A stretch of DNA of 64,000 bases from the human T2T-CHM13v2.0 reference genome, Homo sapiens. The DNA lies in NCBI RefSeq assembly GCF_009914755.1, contig NC_060940.1. One strand, 5' to 3'. Made by a program: the position numbers and the translations under genes. Below are positions 30,388 through 53,984 of this stretch, piece by piece; the stretch's first letter is position 1; every line of letters starts with the position of its first letter. The notes under the pieces were generated by a model that saw nothing but the letters and a program-made list of their open reading frames with translations, was not told where the DNA came from and searched no databases.

Positions 30388-30437
30388 AGATTAATTGGCA
30401 GTAGCTGGGCCGTGTGCAAAGGATTAGCAGGTGCTGA
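30388..30437 (-). promoter_or_regulatory. CNGB1: Rod-photoreceptor promoter motifs: CRX/OTX sites, a Q50 homeodomain site and an NRL half-site
   Basis: agattaattgg 30388-30398, ggattag 30421-30427 (CTAATCC on minus), tgctga 30432-30437. Confidence 0.7.
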
Positions 30438-32332
30438 ATGGGGGAGGGGGAGAAAAGAGGCTGTTGATGCCCAGGAAACCAGCAGCACCTCCCAACTCCC
30501 AGGGTCCAGCAAGGATGTGGGCCCCAGGGAAGGGCTCCTGCATGGCCCAGGTTTGGAGCACCATGGGTTGCCAGGGGACCTGCCCGGCTTACCAGGGGCC
30601 TGGCTTCCCATACACCTTGGCCAAGACACGGAGTGGCTGATGGGAGAATAACAGCTTGGAGTTCCCATGTGATGCCTGGAGACTCCTCATGGTAGCAGGG
30701 GCTTGTCAGCTCCCACTCAGCGGTGGCAAGAGGTGTACCCCAACTCTCCAGCCCCCAGGCCAGGACGCAGGCAGGTTCTTTCTGGCTTAGAGTCTTCTCT
30801 GGGCAGGGTCTCAGCAGCCCTGCCTTGGGCTCTGCCAGAAAGGCTGTGTCCCAGGCCTGGGCCTTGAGGATGGATCCAAGACCCGGCAGATGACTGAGGC
30901 ATCTGACCTGCCCTGTGAACTGAGGCTGGACACTTGAAGGGATACAGAGATCTAGGAGGAGAGGGTGCAAGGGACAGGGCCCAAGGAAGAGGGGCTCAGT
31001 GTGGTGGCCCTGAGGGATATTTGGCAAAGGGCAGGACTTGACTTAATTATCCGCACCATTTCTAGAGTTCTTCCTTTCCTTTCCTTTCCTTTTTTTTTTT
31101 TTTTTTTTAAGCCACAGTCTCTCTCTGTCACTCAGGCTAAGTGAAGTGGTGCAATCACAGCTCATTGCAGCCTCAACCTCTCAAACTCCTGGATGCAAGC
31201 AATCCTCCTGCCTCAGCCTCTCATAGTATTGGGATTACAGATGTAAGCCCCTGCACCTGGCCTAGAGCTCTTCCTTTGTGCCTGGCAGTGTGCCAGCCTT
31301 GGCACACTGAGCAAGACAGACATAGGCCCTGTCCTCATGGAGCTTACATTCCAATGGAGGAGATTACTGACAAATAAAGAATATTGCAAATTATGCTAAG
31401 TGCCATAAAAGAAACAAACAGGGCAGAAGCATGTTGTGGAGGGCAGTAGGGGCAGGTAGGCAGGCCCCTATGACGAGGTGGATGTATATTTGAACTGAGA
31501 CATGAAAAGTAAGAAAGACTCAGCTGTGAAAAAAGCTGGGTGAGTGGTGCTCCAGGCCAAGGACACTGCAACGAGAAAGGTTCTGAGGCTGGAATGAGCC
31601 TTGAGGAGCAGAATGGGAACCGGGGAGCCTGGAGCTTAACGGGTGCAGGGGAGAGTGGTGGGAGATGAGGTTGACAGAGGGCAGGGGCAGATGTTGTGAG
31701 ACTGTAAGCCACAGGAAGGAGTGTAGTTTTAGATGATGGTTTTGAACAGGGGCTGGGCATGATCTGTGTGGCTCTGTGTAGCAGGCAAGCATGGAAACAG
31801 GAAACTGGTCAGGAGGCTGCGGAGGGACAAGCTGATTGGTGACTGGATGACCCCTGGCTTCCCCTCCAGTGTTGGGCTTCAAGACCTCTGATAATGCAAC
31901 CTCTACATGGCAAGTGATTCACAAGAAAGTTCTTTCTGCCAGCAAGGCCAGACCCCAACGGTAAAGCTCAATGTACTCCCTGACCCTTCCCTACAAATAT
32001 GCCAGGCTGCAGGGGTCAGAGCTCCTCCCCAAGGAACAGCAGCAAGCCCTTCTGCTCTGCTTGGGCCTGAGACTAACACAGGTGACATTCGCCCTTGCCT
32101 GCAGCCTGACGGGAGGGATGATGGGGCTTGGACTATGCTGGTGGGAGTACAGATAGAAGGGAAAGGGGAGGAAAAAGGCGGGCATTGAGGGGCTCACCCT
32201 GGGAAACTGGGTAGCTGGTTTAGTGGGTGAACCAGTAAACCGCCCCAGGCTGGTTTACACATGTACTGAAAAGAAGAAGCCTGAGGCTGGAAGTTTGGAG
32301 GAAGAATTTTGGAGGGAAAATCATGAGCACTA

Positions 32333-32713
<381 letters not shown>

Positions 32714-33504
32714 TTAGGGAGAGGTCTACAGGAGATAGAAATTTTGGAGGCCTCAGCTTGCAGATGATGCTTAAAGCCACAGGACTGACTGATATCACCT
32801 CGGAAACCCAAGGAAACAAAGATGACCAGAGGTGGCACCTGGAACACGGGCTCACTCAGAGGATGCAAAAAGAGCAGGAGCTGGTAAAGGAGCCTGAAGG
32901 AGCTGCCAGGGATGGGGATGGAGAAGCAGAAGCATGGGGTGAGGTGAAAGCCAAGAGTAGTGGCTGTGTTGGGGTGAGGGAATGATCCAAGGGGCCACTG
33001 TCTGAGCTGAGACTTGAAATGCGTCCTGAGATTGGGCAACTTAGAGGCAGTTGGAGCCCCTGCAGAGTGGGAAGGAGGGAAAATTAGATGAGCCTGAGGG
33101 AACAGTAGTGGGCTCTAGGGTGGGGAAAATGAGCAAAACACAGCCACACACAGTGGCTAAAGTTTGGATGAAACTCATGTGCATATATATGGAGAGAAAG
33201 AAGCCAGATTCAAAAGAAGACCCCAGTGATCCATGCATACAAAATTCCCAAAAGGCAAAATTAGTCTGTCCTGTCTATGGCTACAAACACAAGTACATTT
33301 GCCACCTCTAGTTTTCTATAAAGCCTAGAGTTGTTAAATAAAGTTTTCCATAGTTGCCCATAAATAAAAGCACAGGTTGTACTACAAGATGGGAGAGTGG
33401 TTCCTTCTTGCTGGGTTGGGGGTTGTAATTGGGAAGGTGTATGTGGAAGCTTCTAGGGACTGGCAGGGCCAATGTCTTGCTTTCTTTTACTAACTTGGCT
33501 GGCA

Positions 33505-34860
<1,356 letters not shown>

Positions 34861-35742
34861 GAAATAAATTGGGGGTGGGGTGGTGAGTGGAGTCAACTCT
34901 GGGAAGGTTTTTTGTAAGGGGTAGCAGTTAGGAATGCTGTTCTGGAAGCTGTATGGAGCACTGGAGGAGGAGCAACTGGGGAAACAAATCCTACAAGAAT
35001 TTCACAGGAGGGGCTCCAAGACCCATCAGGTTCAGCCCCTGGGCAGGTATATGCAAAAGCACATGCCAATATATGCAAATAAGTTAGGATCTCCTGGGGT
35101 TTCCTCACCTTGGGGGTCTGTCTCTAATGGTTGTGACCAGGATGGTGGGCAGGCCCCAGGGCTTTGGGGTGCTGGCCTTGGGCACTCACAGCCTGGCTTT
35201 TCTGGGAGCCTGCAGTCCTGCAGGGGCTGAGGGTGGAGTATCATCTGCTAATCCCTGGCCTGCTGAGTCCACCACTCTCCCTGATCCCCTCACGCTTACC
35301 CTGGATACTGGCCACAGCTAATCTCCACTCCTGGAGACTCAAGGGCTGGCAGACAGTGCAGTGCCCTCTTCCCTGAGGGTTCCAGGGAGGGGAGATCCCT
35401 CTCAGCATCCAGATCCTCCTAACGGCAGATCCTAGAGTCCTTGCCTAACACAGAGGAGAGCCTTGAGTCCCAGAGAGAGGCGGTAATTAGCCCAGGATTA
35501 CACAGCCTGCAGTGGGCTCAGTAGCCATTTCTGGCCTGCCTTGGCCTGACTACCTCCAGGGAACCCCAGCTCCCCATCTGACATTTCCCAAGATGCCTGG
35601 CCTGTGCTAAGGCCTGGGAGACCACAGCCTTCAGGAAGGCTGGAAGGGAGTGGCCAGAGCACAGGAATTCTGGCACAGGCTCTTGTTAGAGCCTGTAGTT
35701 GCCAGGGTTGCTAAGGAGTGGGTGCCTCAGAATCAGGCTGCA

Positions 35743-35905
35743 ATGGGCATTGTCTGTGCACAATGTTCCTTTATTCTGCTGCTGTCCATAATAAGGGCTC
35801 GTCCACCTCCCTTCCTCTTCTGCCCATTGAGCAGTCAAAGAACTGAAAGTCCTTATAAGCCTGTGCACCTGGGCCTGGGCCCTACAGATAAGGTAGCTGC
35901 TATTG
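35743..35905 (+). CDS. TEPP: TEPP/SPMIP8 exon 1 (MGIVCAQCSFILLLS...DKVAAI); may be partly 5'UTR
   Basis: gcaATGG start, donor attg|gtgagt, in frame with exon 2. Confidence 0.7.
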
Positions 35906-36388
35906 GTGAGTCAGAAGCAGGGAGCCCTTGCTCTCTTCCCCATATCCGTGATCCCCCTCCCTGTCCCTCCCCAGGCAGTCACATCCCCTAAGGCAGCTTC
36001 CCCATGCCTTGTCACCATGCCCCCTCCCTGCTCCTCCATGATCTAAGGTCCTCTCTCCTCCTGCCACCCTAGCTCCCACCTCCACCTCTCACCTCTAACT
36101 CAGGGTCAGGAAGAAAGCAAGCTGTCTCAACAAATTCTCACTAAAGTGTAAATGACTGAAAGGCTCCTGGGACTATCTGCTTTTTAAAGGGAGGCACTGG
36201 GTATCCAGTAATGCTTTTCTAGTTTAAATATATCATGTTGCTCCCCTTCCTGAAAATCTTTCTGAGTCAATCTGTAGAATTTTGGGTAAATAGCTAGGGC
36301 AAGTCCATAATTATTCACCCAGAGGTATACGGCATACTAAGCTACATTCTGAACCCGCTTGCTGCTGCACTTTCCTGCTTATTATTTA

Positions 36389-36722
<334 letters not shown>

Positions 36723-36830
36723 CGAATAGACTCAAATACCACCTCTTTTAGACCATTCCTTGAATGTCCTAACCCCAGCCTCCCCAGAAACACACACTCT
36801 GTACTGACCTCCCTCACAGCCATGGCACAA

Positions 36831-36878
<48 letters not shown>

Positions 36879-37058
36879 GGAAGGGGAGTGGGAGGGTTGT
36901 CTCTGTTATCTTCTGTTATCTGAATGTTCCTGCCACCTCATGCTGAGCTCCAGAAAAATGGCCTGGCACACAGTAGGTGCTAAATAAATGTTTGGCAAGT
37001 AGACATCGGCACTGGCCAAGGTTGTTTTCATGCAGAGAAGGGTGTCTGGCCAGCATGA

Positions 37059-37322
<264 letters not shown>

Positions 37323-37552
37323 TAGGACACCAGTGTAGGATCCCCTTTGGGGAAGGGGCAGATGGTTTCAGGAAAGAGGAAGACAGATGCAAGGATGAAA
37401 GAGGCCAGTCCCAGCTCTGCTGCTCCCTGCCCAGGACACTTTGGCCAGGTCTGAGCCTCTGTTTACTGCTCAGTACAATGAGGATAATTGACAAGGCCTA
37501 CCTCAAAGTGTTGTTGTGGGGTTAGAAGGAGATAAGGCACAAAAAACACTTA

Positions 37553-38198
<646 letters not shown>

Positions 38199-39033
38199 GT
38201 TGTAATTAATGGAGAGAGAACTGGGCAGAGGTTGACAGGTGCAGTGGTAGGAGTCATAACAGTAGTAACTTCTGCCCAAGCATCTCTGTATGTGGAAAAG
38301 AGAGAGAAAGACCTCTCCTCACAGCCCCCATGCAGGAGAGGAAGACGTGTGGGCCTTCAGGGCAAAAGAGCCCCACGGGCCTAGTGAATAACCCCGCATG
38401 GACTGAGGAGCTTGCGTGTGGAGGGATTTAGAAGGTATTTAGCAGATAAAGTCAACAGGAGTAGGTGCAGGCGGGGCAGGGTAGGAGGCCAAACAGGGGG
38501 AGTGCAGGCCCATACCTAGGCTCCAGCTTGGGTGACAGGTGGGCTGAGGGTGTCAGAGACCGCACGGAGATTACCAGAGTTGCCACATGGGCCCTAATGG
38601 GAAACACAAGTGAGGGAAGTGGGTGGGGAGGCCGTGGGGAAGGAACACTCCACAGGGAAAAGGGGCACCCACACCTGCCCTATTTAAACGGCAGCCACGG
38701 GGTTCCCCGCAGACTGTGCTATGTTGGAGGGGCCAGCCAGGTCACCAGTTCTTCCAATTTCCCGCTTCTGAGAGAAGCCAGGAATCTAGATTTTTAAGGA
38801 AAGCTCTGATGTAGATATGTATTTTATTGTAAGCATATGCTTTAAGTAAAAGTAATAGTCAGAACTTCAAAGCTCAAAATGCTATAACAATATGCACAGC
38901 AACAAGGCTCACTCCCACTGCCCCCGCATACAGGTAACCACCCCCCCACCACATTCTTAGTTTCTGATGTCTCTCCCTGGTTTACTAATGGGAATATAAA
39001 CACATGTTATTTTGCTCCCCAACTTTTTATTAC

Positions 39034-41301
<2,268 letters not shown>

Positions 41302-42012
41302 TGATAAACATTTTCAAATGGAGAAAAGTTGAAAGAATACTACTATGAGTACCCACCACCTTCCTCCTGCTTCAGTTGATTTTTGCCATATTTTTGCTTC
41401 TCTCGCCCTCTCTCTTACATTCTTGGACACCCTTTAGCAAGCAGCTCCCAATGACAAAAACATCCTTCTACATGACACAATACCATTATCACACCTAGGA
41501 AAGCTAACAATACTTCTACAACATCTAATATCCAGACCATATTAAAATCTCCCCAATTGCCCTCAAAGATGTCTTTTCTGGCTTTAAAATGATTTTTTGG
41601 AACAAGAATTCAATCTAGGATTACGTATTTCAGTTACTTGTTATGTCTTTTGTCTTAGTCTAAAACAGTCCACCCAGTTTCCATTGCCCACCATCATACT
41701 GACTTTTCAAAGTCTCTAACAGTTGTGTTGTAGACAGTCCCATATGGTGAATTTGAGCCACTGTTTCTTCATGGTGTTTCTTATCTTGTTAATCTATTTT
41801 CTGTAAACCAGCAGCTAGGTGTAGAGATCTGAATCACCAGGTTAAACACTGCTGGCCAGAATCTTTCACAGGCGACAGATGCCGTGTTTGCCATAATGCT
41901 GCAGCAGGAGGCACAGAATTTCATTATCACATTATTTGTGATGCTAAGTTTGATTATTTGGTTAAGGTGATGACCTGAATATATATTCTCTGTTTCCAAC
42001 AGTCTATGTTTA

Positions 42013-43495
<1,483 letters not shown>

Positions 43496-43555
43496 AAAAA
43501 ATTTTTAAAGTACAGTGTGGGCCAAAGTTCTCCTATGACCTCTGACCACTGGTGA

Positions 43556-44224
<669 letters not shown>

Positions 44225-44466
44225 TGAAGCTGTGGCACTTGCGGTGGGTGGAGCCGAGACGTGCGCGCGGATCTGGAGGCAGGACTGCCCTTGGGGAGGG
44301 GGCGGAGCCAGGCGGAGCCTTCGGGCCGGGGGCTTTGCCCTGGTGGGGCAGCGGAGGCGGGACCTGTTCTCCGTACACGTGTGGGTGGGGCTGGATTGTG
44401 GGCGGGGCTGGATTGTGGGCGGGGCTTAGATGAGGAGGCGGGGCTTGTCCTGGGTGGGGCGGATGA

Positions 44467-44883
<417 letters not shown>

Positions 44884-45197
44884 TGAGGTCTGGGCCGCTT
44901 TCCTAGCGCACAGGCAATGCCCCTTGAAAACGTGAGAACTGGGAAAAATTGGCTCCAATACACCAGAAACAAATTGCAATTTCAAATGAATACATGTGTG
45001 ATTCCTACTAAACGGAGCACCTTGCCCTCCCTGACAACTCCACCCTTGCGGAGTGGAGGCGTTCGCATTGGGTGAAGGCGCCCTGGAACCCTTCAGGAGG
45101 GATGGCGGGGAGAGGGGGTGGCTCCCGAGGTCGAGTGAGGCGCCCAGAGAGGGTCGCCCCTTCCCATCTCGTGCTCACCCGCCCCGTTCTTTCCCAG

Positions 45198-45230
45198 GAA
45201 CACTTTCCGAAGCTTCGGCTCCAGCTACAG
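45198..45230 (+). CDS. TEPP: TEPP/SPMIP8 exon 7 (NTFRSFGSSY)
   Basis: ttcccag|gaac ... tacag|gtaggg. Confidence 0.9.
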
Positions 45231-45769
45231 GTAGGGGAACGGTCCTGTCCCGCCCCACAGCCAACCACGTTCTCATCCGACTGCTGGGGACAGCCTCGGG
45301 GCTCCCTGACTCTGAAACCCCCCTGCCCCAGCGAGGCCTGGCGAGGAGGAGGGGCCCTCCTGGGAGGGCGCGAGCTGCTTCGCTCTGGAGAGATCCGCCC
45401 CTGGCAAATGTGCAGCCCACTGGGGTGGGGGTGGACGCGGGAGGGGGTCCACATCCCACCAGGTTTGACTGGAGGAGGCCAAAAGGATAGGGCGAGGATG
45501 TTAACTAGAAGGAGAGAAAACAGACAAATAAGAAACACAAGGGAGAGAGCCAAGAATCTGCCTTTTAGGGTGCGGAGAGGCCCTAAGGGAGGGGGCTAAG
45601 TGGTCTTCCCGGCAGGGTCGCCCCACAAGTAAAGAGATAAGATAAGAACAAGAGTTCTTATCTCCAAGATAAGCACCTCTTGCAAGAGGTTGCAGGATAC
45701 TCAAACATTTTCATAACTAAGCCATCTCTCACCCTCCCGGCCCCACTTTGTACACTCCAGCCAGACTAG

Positions 45770-46181
<412 letters not shown>

Positions 46182-46684
46182 CCTTCATGCTCTTCAAAGC
46201 CCAGCCCAGATGTGCCATCCTCCTTGAAGTCTTCCCCCACCCTCTGCCTCTCCCCACCGGCTCACACTCCCTCCCATTGGTCACTACCTTTGTGTCCCTG
46301 AGTATCGAGTGCAATACTCAGACTATTGCACTGTCATTATTGACAGAAACCAGCCTTCCCGTCTCCCACACGGGGAAACGTTTCTGGGTTTTGCTACCAT
46401 ATGATGCCTAACAGAGTAGGTTCACTAAATGATTGAAAAATGGGTGAAGCTGTTCATAGTTAGGTATCAATGGGAGAGAAGGATGAGGCACAGTCAAAGG
46501 AGGGAGGTTAGCTTGAAAGCTAAGGAGGACAGCTGAAAATACAGAAAACAGGGAGCCACTGAAGTCTCCTGAGCCACATAGAGGCTGGCTGGAAGCTGTG
46601 TTTTCAGATCCTAGAGGGGAAAAGCCTGATTTTTCCCCTAGGACACCCTGGAAACCCCCACCTCACCCCTACTTCTCTCCACAG

Positions 46685-46715
46685 TCGTGTCAACTACCTG
46701 ACCCCCTGGCATTAA
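46685..46715 (+). CDS. TEPP: TEPP/SPMIP8 exon 8, coding part (RVNYLTPWH*)
   Basis: ctccacag|tcgtgtc...cattaa; spliced CDS totals 816 nt = 271 aa + stop. Confidence 0.92.
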
Positions 46716-46831
46716 TCTCTGGAAAGGAGGCTGACTCCCAGGCTGCCGGACGGTGCCACCTCAGGTCCCCTGGCCAGACCGAGGACTTATGGTGGCACCA
46801 GCCATCTCCCCAGGAGTTCAGCCTAACTAGA

Positions 46832-46837
46832 AATAAA
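46832..46837 (+). terminator. TEPP: TEPP polyadenylation signal AATAAA
   Basis: First AATAAA, 116 nt after the stop. Confidence 0.8.
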
Positions 46838-47588
46838 CCTAATGCTCCCTTAGAGACACACGCAATTGTCTCTGTCTGTGTGTGTTGCACAGCCTGGGAG
46901 AGGGTCAGGGCCACAGGATGACAGTATCTTACCCTTGCCCGTCCCCGGCCAACTCCTGGAGGACTGGTGGGGGGTTGGAGAAAAATGTCTGGTGACCTGG
47001 TTTGAGAGTCAGGGTGTAAGCCGCAAGGTCCAGCCAGAATTGAGATCCAAGAGCAAGAGATGTGCTCCGGCCCCTTGCCTGCAGCCCCACACCCAAGCCC
47101 CCTCCATTTCAGATCCTGAATTTGAGCCCTAAGAAGAAAGGGAGAGGGCTAGAAAGCTATTTTTAGGTGCCTTTTTGAAGCTCTTGTCATACTGGTGTGC
47201 TCTGGGGGGCTTCCCTGTGCCTGGGGTCCCCCTGAAGGTGTGGGAGCAGGCTGGGGCAAGGGGAGCTGGCCAGGCCTATGGCCTTGATTCCTGTGACGCA
47301 ACAGAATGTAGAGTCTAAACTTGCATGAGATGCATGAAGCCACTCAGAGAAGAAAGTTCCCCGCTCTCCAAAGCACCACCAATAAACATGTCATTTAAGC
47401 AAAAAGTCCTCTGCTCTATCCATGAAGCTTCAGGACTAGCCCTTGTCTACCCACCAACCATCCATTCCAAGCCACTCCTGTGAAAGGAAGGTATGATGTC
47501 CCGGGGACAGTGTGGGGACTTCTGGCCCAGATCTGGAATAACGCCATCCAGGGGGCTAGGGAAGAGCATCTCCAGCATGGTAAGGGGG

Positions 47589-47938
47589 TGTATTAGTCTG
47601 TTTTCATGCTGCTGATAAAGACATACCCAAGACTGGGAAGAGAAAGAGGTTTAATGGACTCACAGTTCCACATGGCTGGGGAGGCCTCATAATCATGGTG
47701 GAAGGCAAAAGGCACTTCTTACATGGTGGCAGCAAGAGAGAATGAGTGCCAAGCGAAAGCGTTTCCCTTATAAGACCATCAGATCTCGTGAGACTTATTC
47801 ACTACCACGAGAACAGTATGGGGGAAACCGCCCCCGTGATGCAATTATCTCCCACTGGCCCCCTCCCACAACATGAAGGAATTAAGAGCGCTACAATTCA
47901 AGATGAGATTTGGGTGGGGACACAGCCAAACCATATCA
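47589..47938 (-). mobile_element. THE1-type MaLR solo LTR
   Basis: tgtattagtc...gctgataaagacataccc...ggacacagccaaaccatatca; 5-bp TSD-like ggggg/gggag. Confidence 0.9.
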
Positions 47939-48191
47939 GGGAGTTAGGGCTGCTAGCATCTGTGCTTAGCTCCAGGACCTTTCAGATACCCTACTCCCAT
48001 CCCACCTGTGGGCAGCTGGCAAGCATGGACCCAGATCAGGATAAATAGCTACCAAGCTAAAAATCTACCTGCATAGGACTTCTGGTCCTGAAACCTGGGG
48101 CTTCAGGGACCCACAGACCTCCTGAAATCATGTACAGAATCATGTGTCCACTTTGGGACTGCACTTGGGAAGCCACTGGCAGAGCCGCCTG

Positions 48192-49746
<1,555 letters not shown>

Positions 49747-51948
49747 AGATCACATCGGAAATCTTCCCAGCAGCCATGGCCTTGGGGACAGTCCAGCCTC
49801 CATGGCCTCACCTCTAGGCCTTCCGGGGCCTGACCCCAATCCACTACGGTGGCCCTTTATCCCAACATGAACCCCCCTACAGCCTCCTTGCAGTTCCAGA
49901 GGCTCTGGGCTTCTGTCTGCCTCCAACCTTTGTTCAGAGCCTTCCTCTCACCAGAAATACCTTCCCCCACCTCTTCCTACCCAAATCCCACCCTGCGTTC
50001 CAGGCAGGCTACTCTCAAGTCCTCCCTTCTCCCCCCAACTCTTCTCTCAAATCACAAAAACAGGGACCATAGCTGTTCTCATGGGCTAACTCATGCCCTC
50101 TGGCCCGCCCTGGGCTCATTCACTGGCTCTTTTTATTCTAACTGGACCTGGGGCTCAGGAATGGGGCCTGTGGTCTCTTCCGGAACCAACACACCAATCA
50201 GGACTAAATTATTAACTGCTACAGAGTTATAGCGGTGTCGATTACAAAGTTACCTGCAAAATGATGTCCTAACCCAGGGCCTGGGGCTGGCAATAGGGAG
50301 GTTCAGGGATAGGGTGAGGGTCCAAGCTGCGGGCAGGGGTGGGGTAGGGGTCAGGGAGAACTCGTGAACATCATATTTTGTACTAGATATCAGCAGTTTT
50401 GACATTTTTTCACTGTACCTTTTGATTCACAAAAACCTCAAAACCGTCTCACCTGAAGTTTGTGCCTTGTGCCCTGTAGCACCTGCTCAGTGCCTGGCAA
50501 ACGGTAGGTGCTCAGTAATGCTTGTGGATGAACAAAGGCAGGAAGACAGACCCAGGGTGGGGATGGAGAGACACACAATAAAGAAGGAGCCCTCCCCTTG
50601 GCTCCATTTCACGGCCCTGAGGAAGACTGTGTATTCTGGCTGGAATCTTTGTAGATGAGAAAATCAATAGTGGCCAAGGCTTTTCTAGGAAGCACCACCT
50701 TCAAGGAACCAAGAAGCCATCTGCTTGAGGATTGGATGTGGAGCTCGTGAGAGAGTCTGGCCCTCCTTAGGCTGGGGGGCCTAGGGCCTTTGTGGCGCTG
50801 CTTCTGTCCATCTGGGAAGATGGAGCACAGTGGGCTTTGATTCTTCAAGGAGTTGAGAGGGGGCCAGAGGGGTTGGCCACGCCGTCTGCCTGCTGCTGAA
50901 GAGCTTTCCTACTGCCCTGCCCAGCCCTGGACTGGTCCAGGCCATTGTTCCCGGCTTTCTGGCCAGCAAAGAGTGAGCAGGAGCTCTGCATGGCTCAGAC
51001 CCCACTGCCTCTCCTTCACCCGTGTGCAGGTACCAGGCTCACCTGGCTAACCCCCACAATTCCAGGCCACTTTCATCACTGCGTGGCTGTGAACAAACCC
51101 TGGACCTCTTAAGCATCTGCCTCGCCCCCTTGTAAGTATGGAGTGAGGCTCAGACCTGCTGGCGGATGGGAAAAGGTTTCTGAACGGTGCATGGCAGGCC
51201 GGTGGGAGGGCTGACTCTCAGATGGGAGGGCTGGGCTGGCTCGCTCTTGCCTCTGACCTCCCAGCGCTACAGTCCTTCTGGGTGGCTACTATATGCCAAA
51301 CATGTCACACAGATCATTCCACTGTGCCCTTACCCTAAACCTCAGAAGAGAGCATTATTGACTCCATTCCACAGATGAGGACATTGAGGCTCAGAGAGCT
51401 TCAATGGAACCAATGAGTGGAGACGTGGGACTCTAGCCAGGGCTGCCTGTGGTGCTCTGAACCAGGACACCGCACTCAGTCTACTACGGTTCACGAGTAC
51501 AGGTTCCACCCCCAGAAAGCGGCATCCTCTCCCCCGTCCCCTGCAGGGCCAAGCATAGAGCAGAGCCAGTGCATGGTGGGAGTTTGGAAAAGCTGTCAGG
51601 ATGATGGGCTTCCTAGGAACATCCCCTTTGGTGGCCCAGCCTGCCCTGGCACCAGCTTCTAGGACCCAGGAGAATGGCCCCCTCCCCTTCCCACCCCTGG
51701 TGTCTCTTTCACTAGCCAGGGGGAATGACTACCTCCCAAAGGCAAGGCTGTGTCAGTCTCTCCCTCCTCCTTCCTTCTTCTTCCCAGCCCTAGCCCTCAT
51801 CCAGATGTCACCCTCATCCTAAAGCACCACACTTCCCATCCTCCCAGTGGTTGAGCCAAAAGGAATGATTAGCCAGAGGCTGAAGATATAACATTAGTTT
51901 ATACTCCTAGTCACGACATCTGAAGCTCCCCTTTAAGATGCTGTGCTT

Positions 51949-52242
51949 GGCTGGGTGCAGTGGCCTGTAATCCCAGCACTTTGGGAGGCTGAGGCGGGTG
52001 GATCACTTGAGGTCAGGAGTTCAAGACCAGCCCAGCCAACATGGTGAAAACCTGTCTCTACTAAAAATACAAAAATCAGCCAGGCATGGTGGCATGTACC
52101 TGTAGTTCCAGCTACTCAGGAGGCTGAGACAGGAGAATCACTTGACCCTGGGAGGCGGAGGTTGAAGTGAGCTGAGATCGTGCCACTGCACTCCAGCCTG
52201 GGTGACAGAGTGAGACACGGTCTCAAACAAGCAAACAAAAAA
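51949..52242 (+). mobile_element. Alu
   Basis: Alu consensus. Confidence 0.9.
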
Positions 52243-53978
52243 ATGCTATGCTGTAAGTGAAGGAGACACTCATCAGGTTTGGGACACAGGAAATTGGCCA
52301 TCCTGTAGGTCAGCATTCCTGGGCCGGTTGGTGGGAGAAGTACCTGTATGACCAGGTGCAGTGAGCAGCTGCTTAAGCCGGTTTGTGCTGTTTCTGCCAC
52401 TTACAACCAAGAGAGGCTAGTCGGAGATACCAGAGGGGAGCAGGCTGGAGGCCAGGAGGGGCAGGGAAGGGAAAATGGGCCATGGGTTGATCCTGGCGCC
52501 TTCCCAGAATCAGAGCACCAGGCCTGCTTCAGATGGGGAACTGAGGCCTGAGAGGGGCAGACAGAGGCCTTAGGCCATGTGTTACCAAAGGGCCTGGCCC
52601 TGAACCCGAACATCTGGGCTCCCAGACCAGGGACCCATTGGCTGCCCTGGTTTAGGCCCAGGCTGGAGCCTAGAGGCTGAGGGCCTGGTGGGAGGTGTAG
52701 GAACCCCACTGCTTTGTGAGGCAGGTAGGGGTAGGGACAAAGGAAGAAGCCACTGCAGGCTCCATGTGAGCTCAGCCATGTCCAGTCAGGGCCCCTCCTG
52801 CCCTGGCCCATGCATGCTGTCACCCACTTACAAGGGACAACCTGCGGCAGTAATTATAAAGCCTCACACACACGCTAGCACTTTCCAGGGGCCTCTCAGG
52901 ATGGGTGGGTTTTGCCTAGGTCACATGGCGAGAAAGCAAGCTGGGACTTGAGCCTGGCACGGAACCAAGGCCCCGGGCATCCTCTTCCTGGGAGGTAGAA
53001 GCCTGTGGGAAGGAACCACATGGTTTCTCAAGGGCAGGTTCCTCCCGTGACCACCCAGAGGGAGGAAGAAGAGCATGGGGACTGGGTCACATCTCGGTCC
53101 CCTGGCCTTTCGCACCTTCTGTACCCAGCTTTCGGGCCACCTGCAGTGTGGGCAGCTCCTTGTCCTTTTAACTCAGGGCAAGGTGCCCCTGCTGACCACT
53201 TTCACTGGCTCTCAGGTGCCCGGGCCTGGGAGGCTGTTTTTCCCTCTCTCTCCCCTACCTCTATCCCCACCTTTGAGCAACAGACAGAGCCTGAGTTGCA
53301 GCTGGGCCACGGGGGCAGGGACGGGGTGCAGGAGGAAAGGTGTGCTGGAGGGGCTCAGGTGGGAGGCAGCTGGGCTGACCATGCAGAAGGGTCACTGTGT
53401 GACAGGGTGGGTGGTTGTGGGGTGACAGCAAGTCCTCCCCCTCCTCTGGGGCAGGGCCGGGCTGGCTGCATCTGCTGCTGCTGCAGGCAGGCCCTTGGTT
53501 TTCCACTGGGGCTGCGCAAGCTCTCATGCTCACCAGGCCCAGTGCCTGGCTTCCAGGCTTCCATGAGCTGCTGCTCTCTCACAGGTCAGCTCCCACTTCG
53601 GGGGCTGTGGTTAAAGCCAATGGAAGTGAGGAGGCCTCAGGCTCATTCCTGAAAATCCCAGGTGTCCTGGAGTTGGTACTGTCAGCATCTTCAAACATCC
53701 CCACCAGGGACTTTCTATAGGGCTCTATTTAATTCTCACAACAACCAAGCAAGGCAAGGTGAACCTCCCCATTTTACAGATGAGGCAACTGAGTCCCAAA
53801 GAGGTTCCCAAGGCCACACAGCCAGAACGTTCAAAGCTCAGGATTCAAACCCAGCCCTATGCCCCAGTCTCCAAGCCGCCACTCAGGCCTGTGCCCCTCT
53901 CTGCCTCTCCATGTCCATCGTTCCCCTGTGGAAGAAGGAGCAGAACAAGCAGTGCAGTGGTCTGTGACGGTCAATGTC

Positions 53979-53984
53979 TTTACT
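53979..53984 (-). terminator. ZNF319: Probable ZNF319 variant poly(A) signal AGTAAA
   Basis: tttact on plus at the end of an AU-rich 3'UTR segment (53990-54180). Confidence 0.55.
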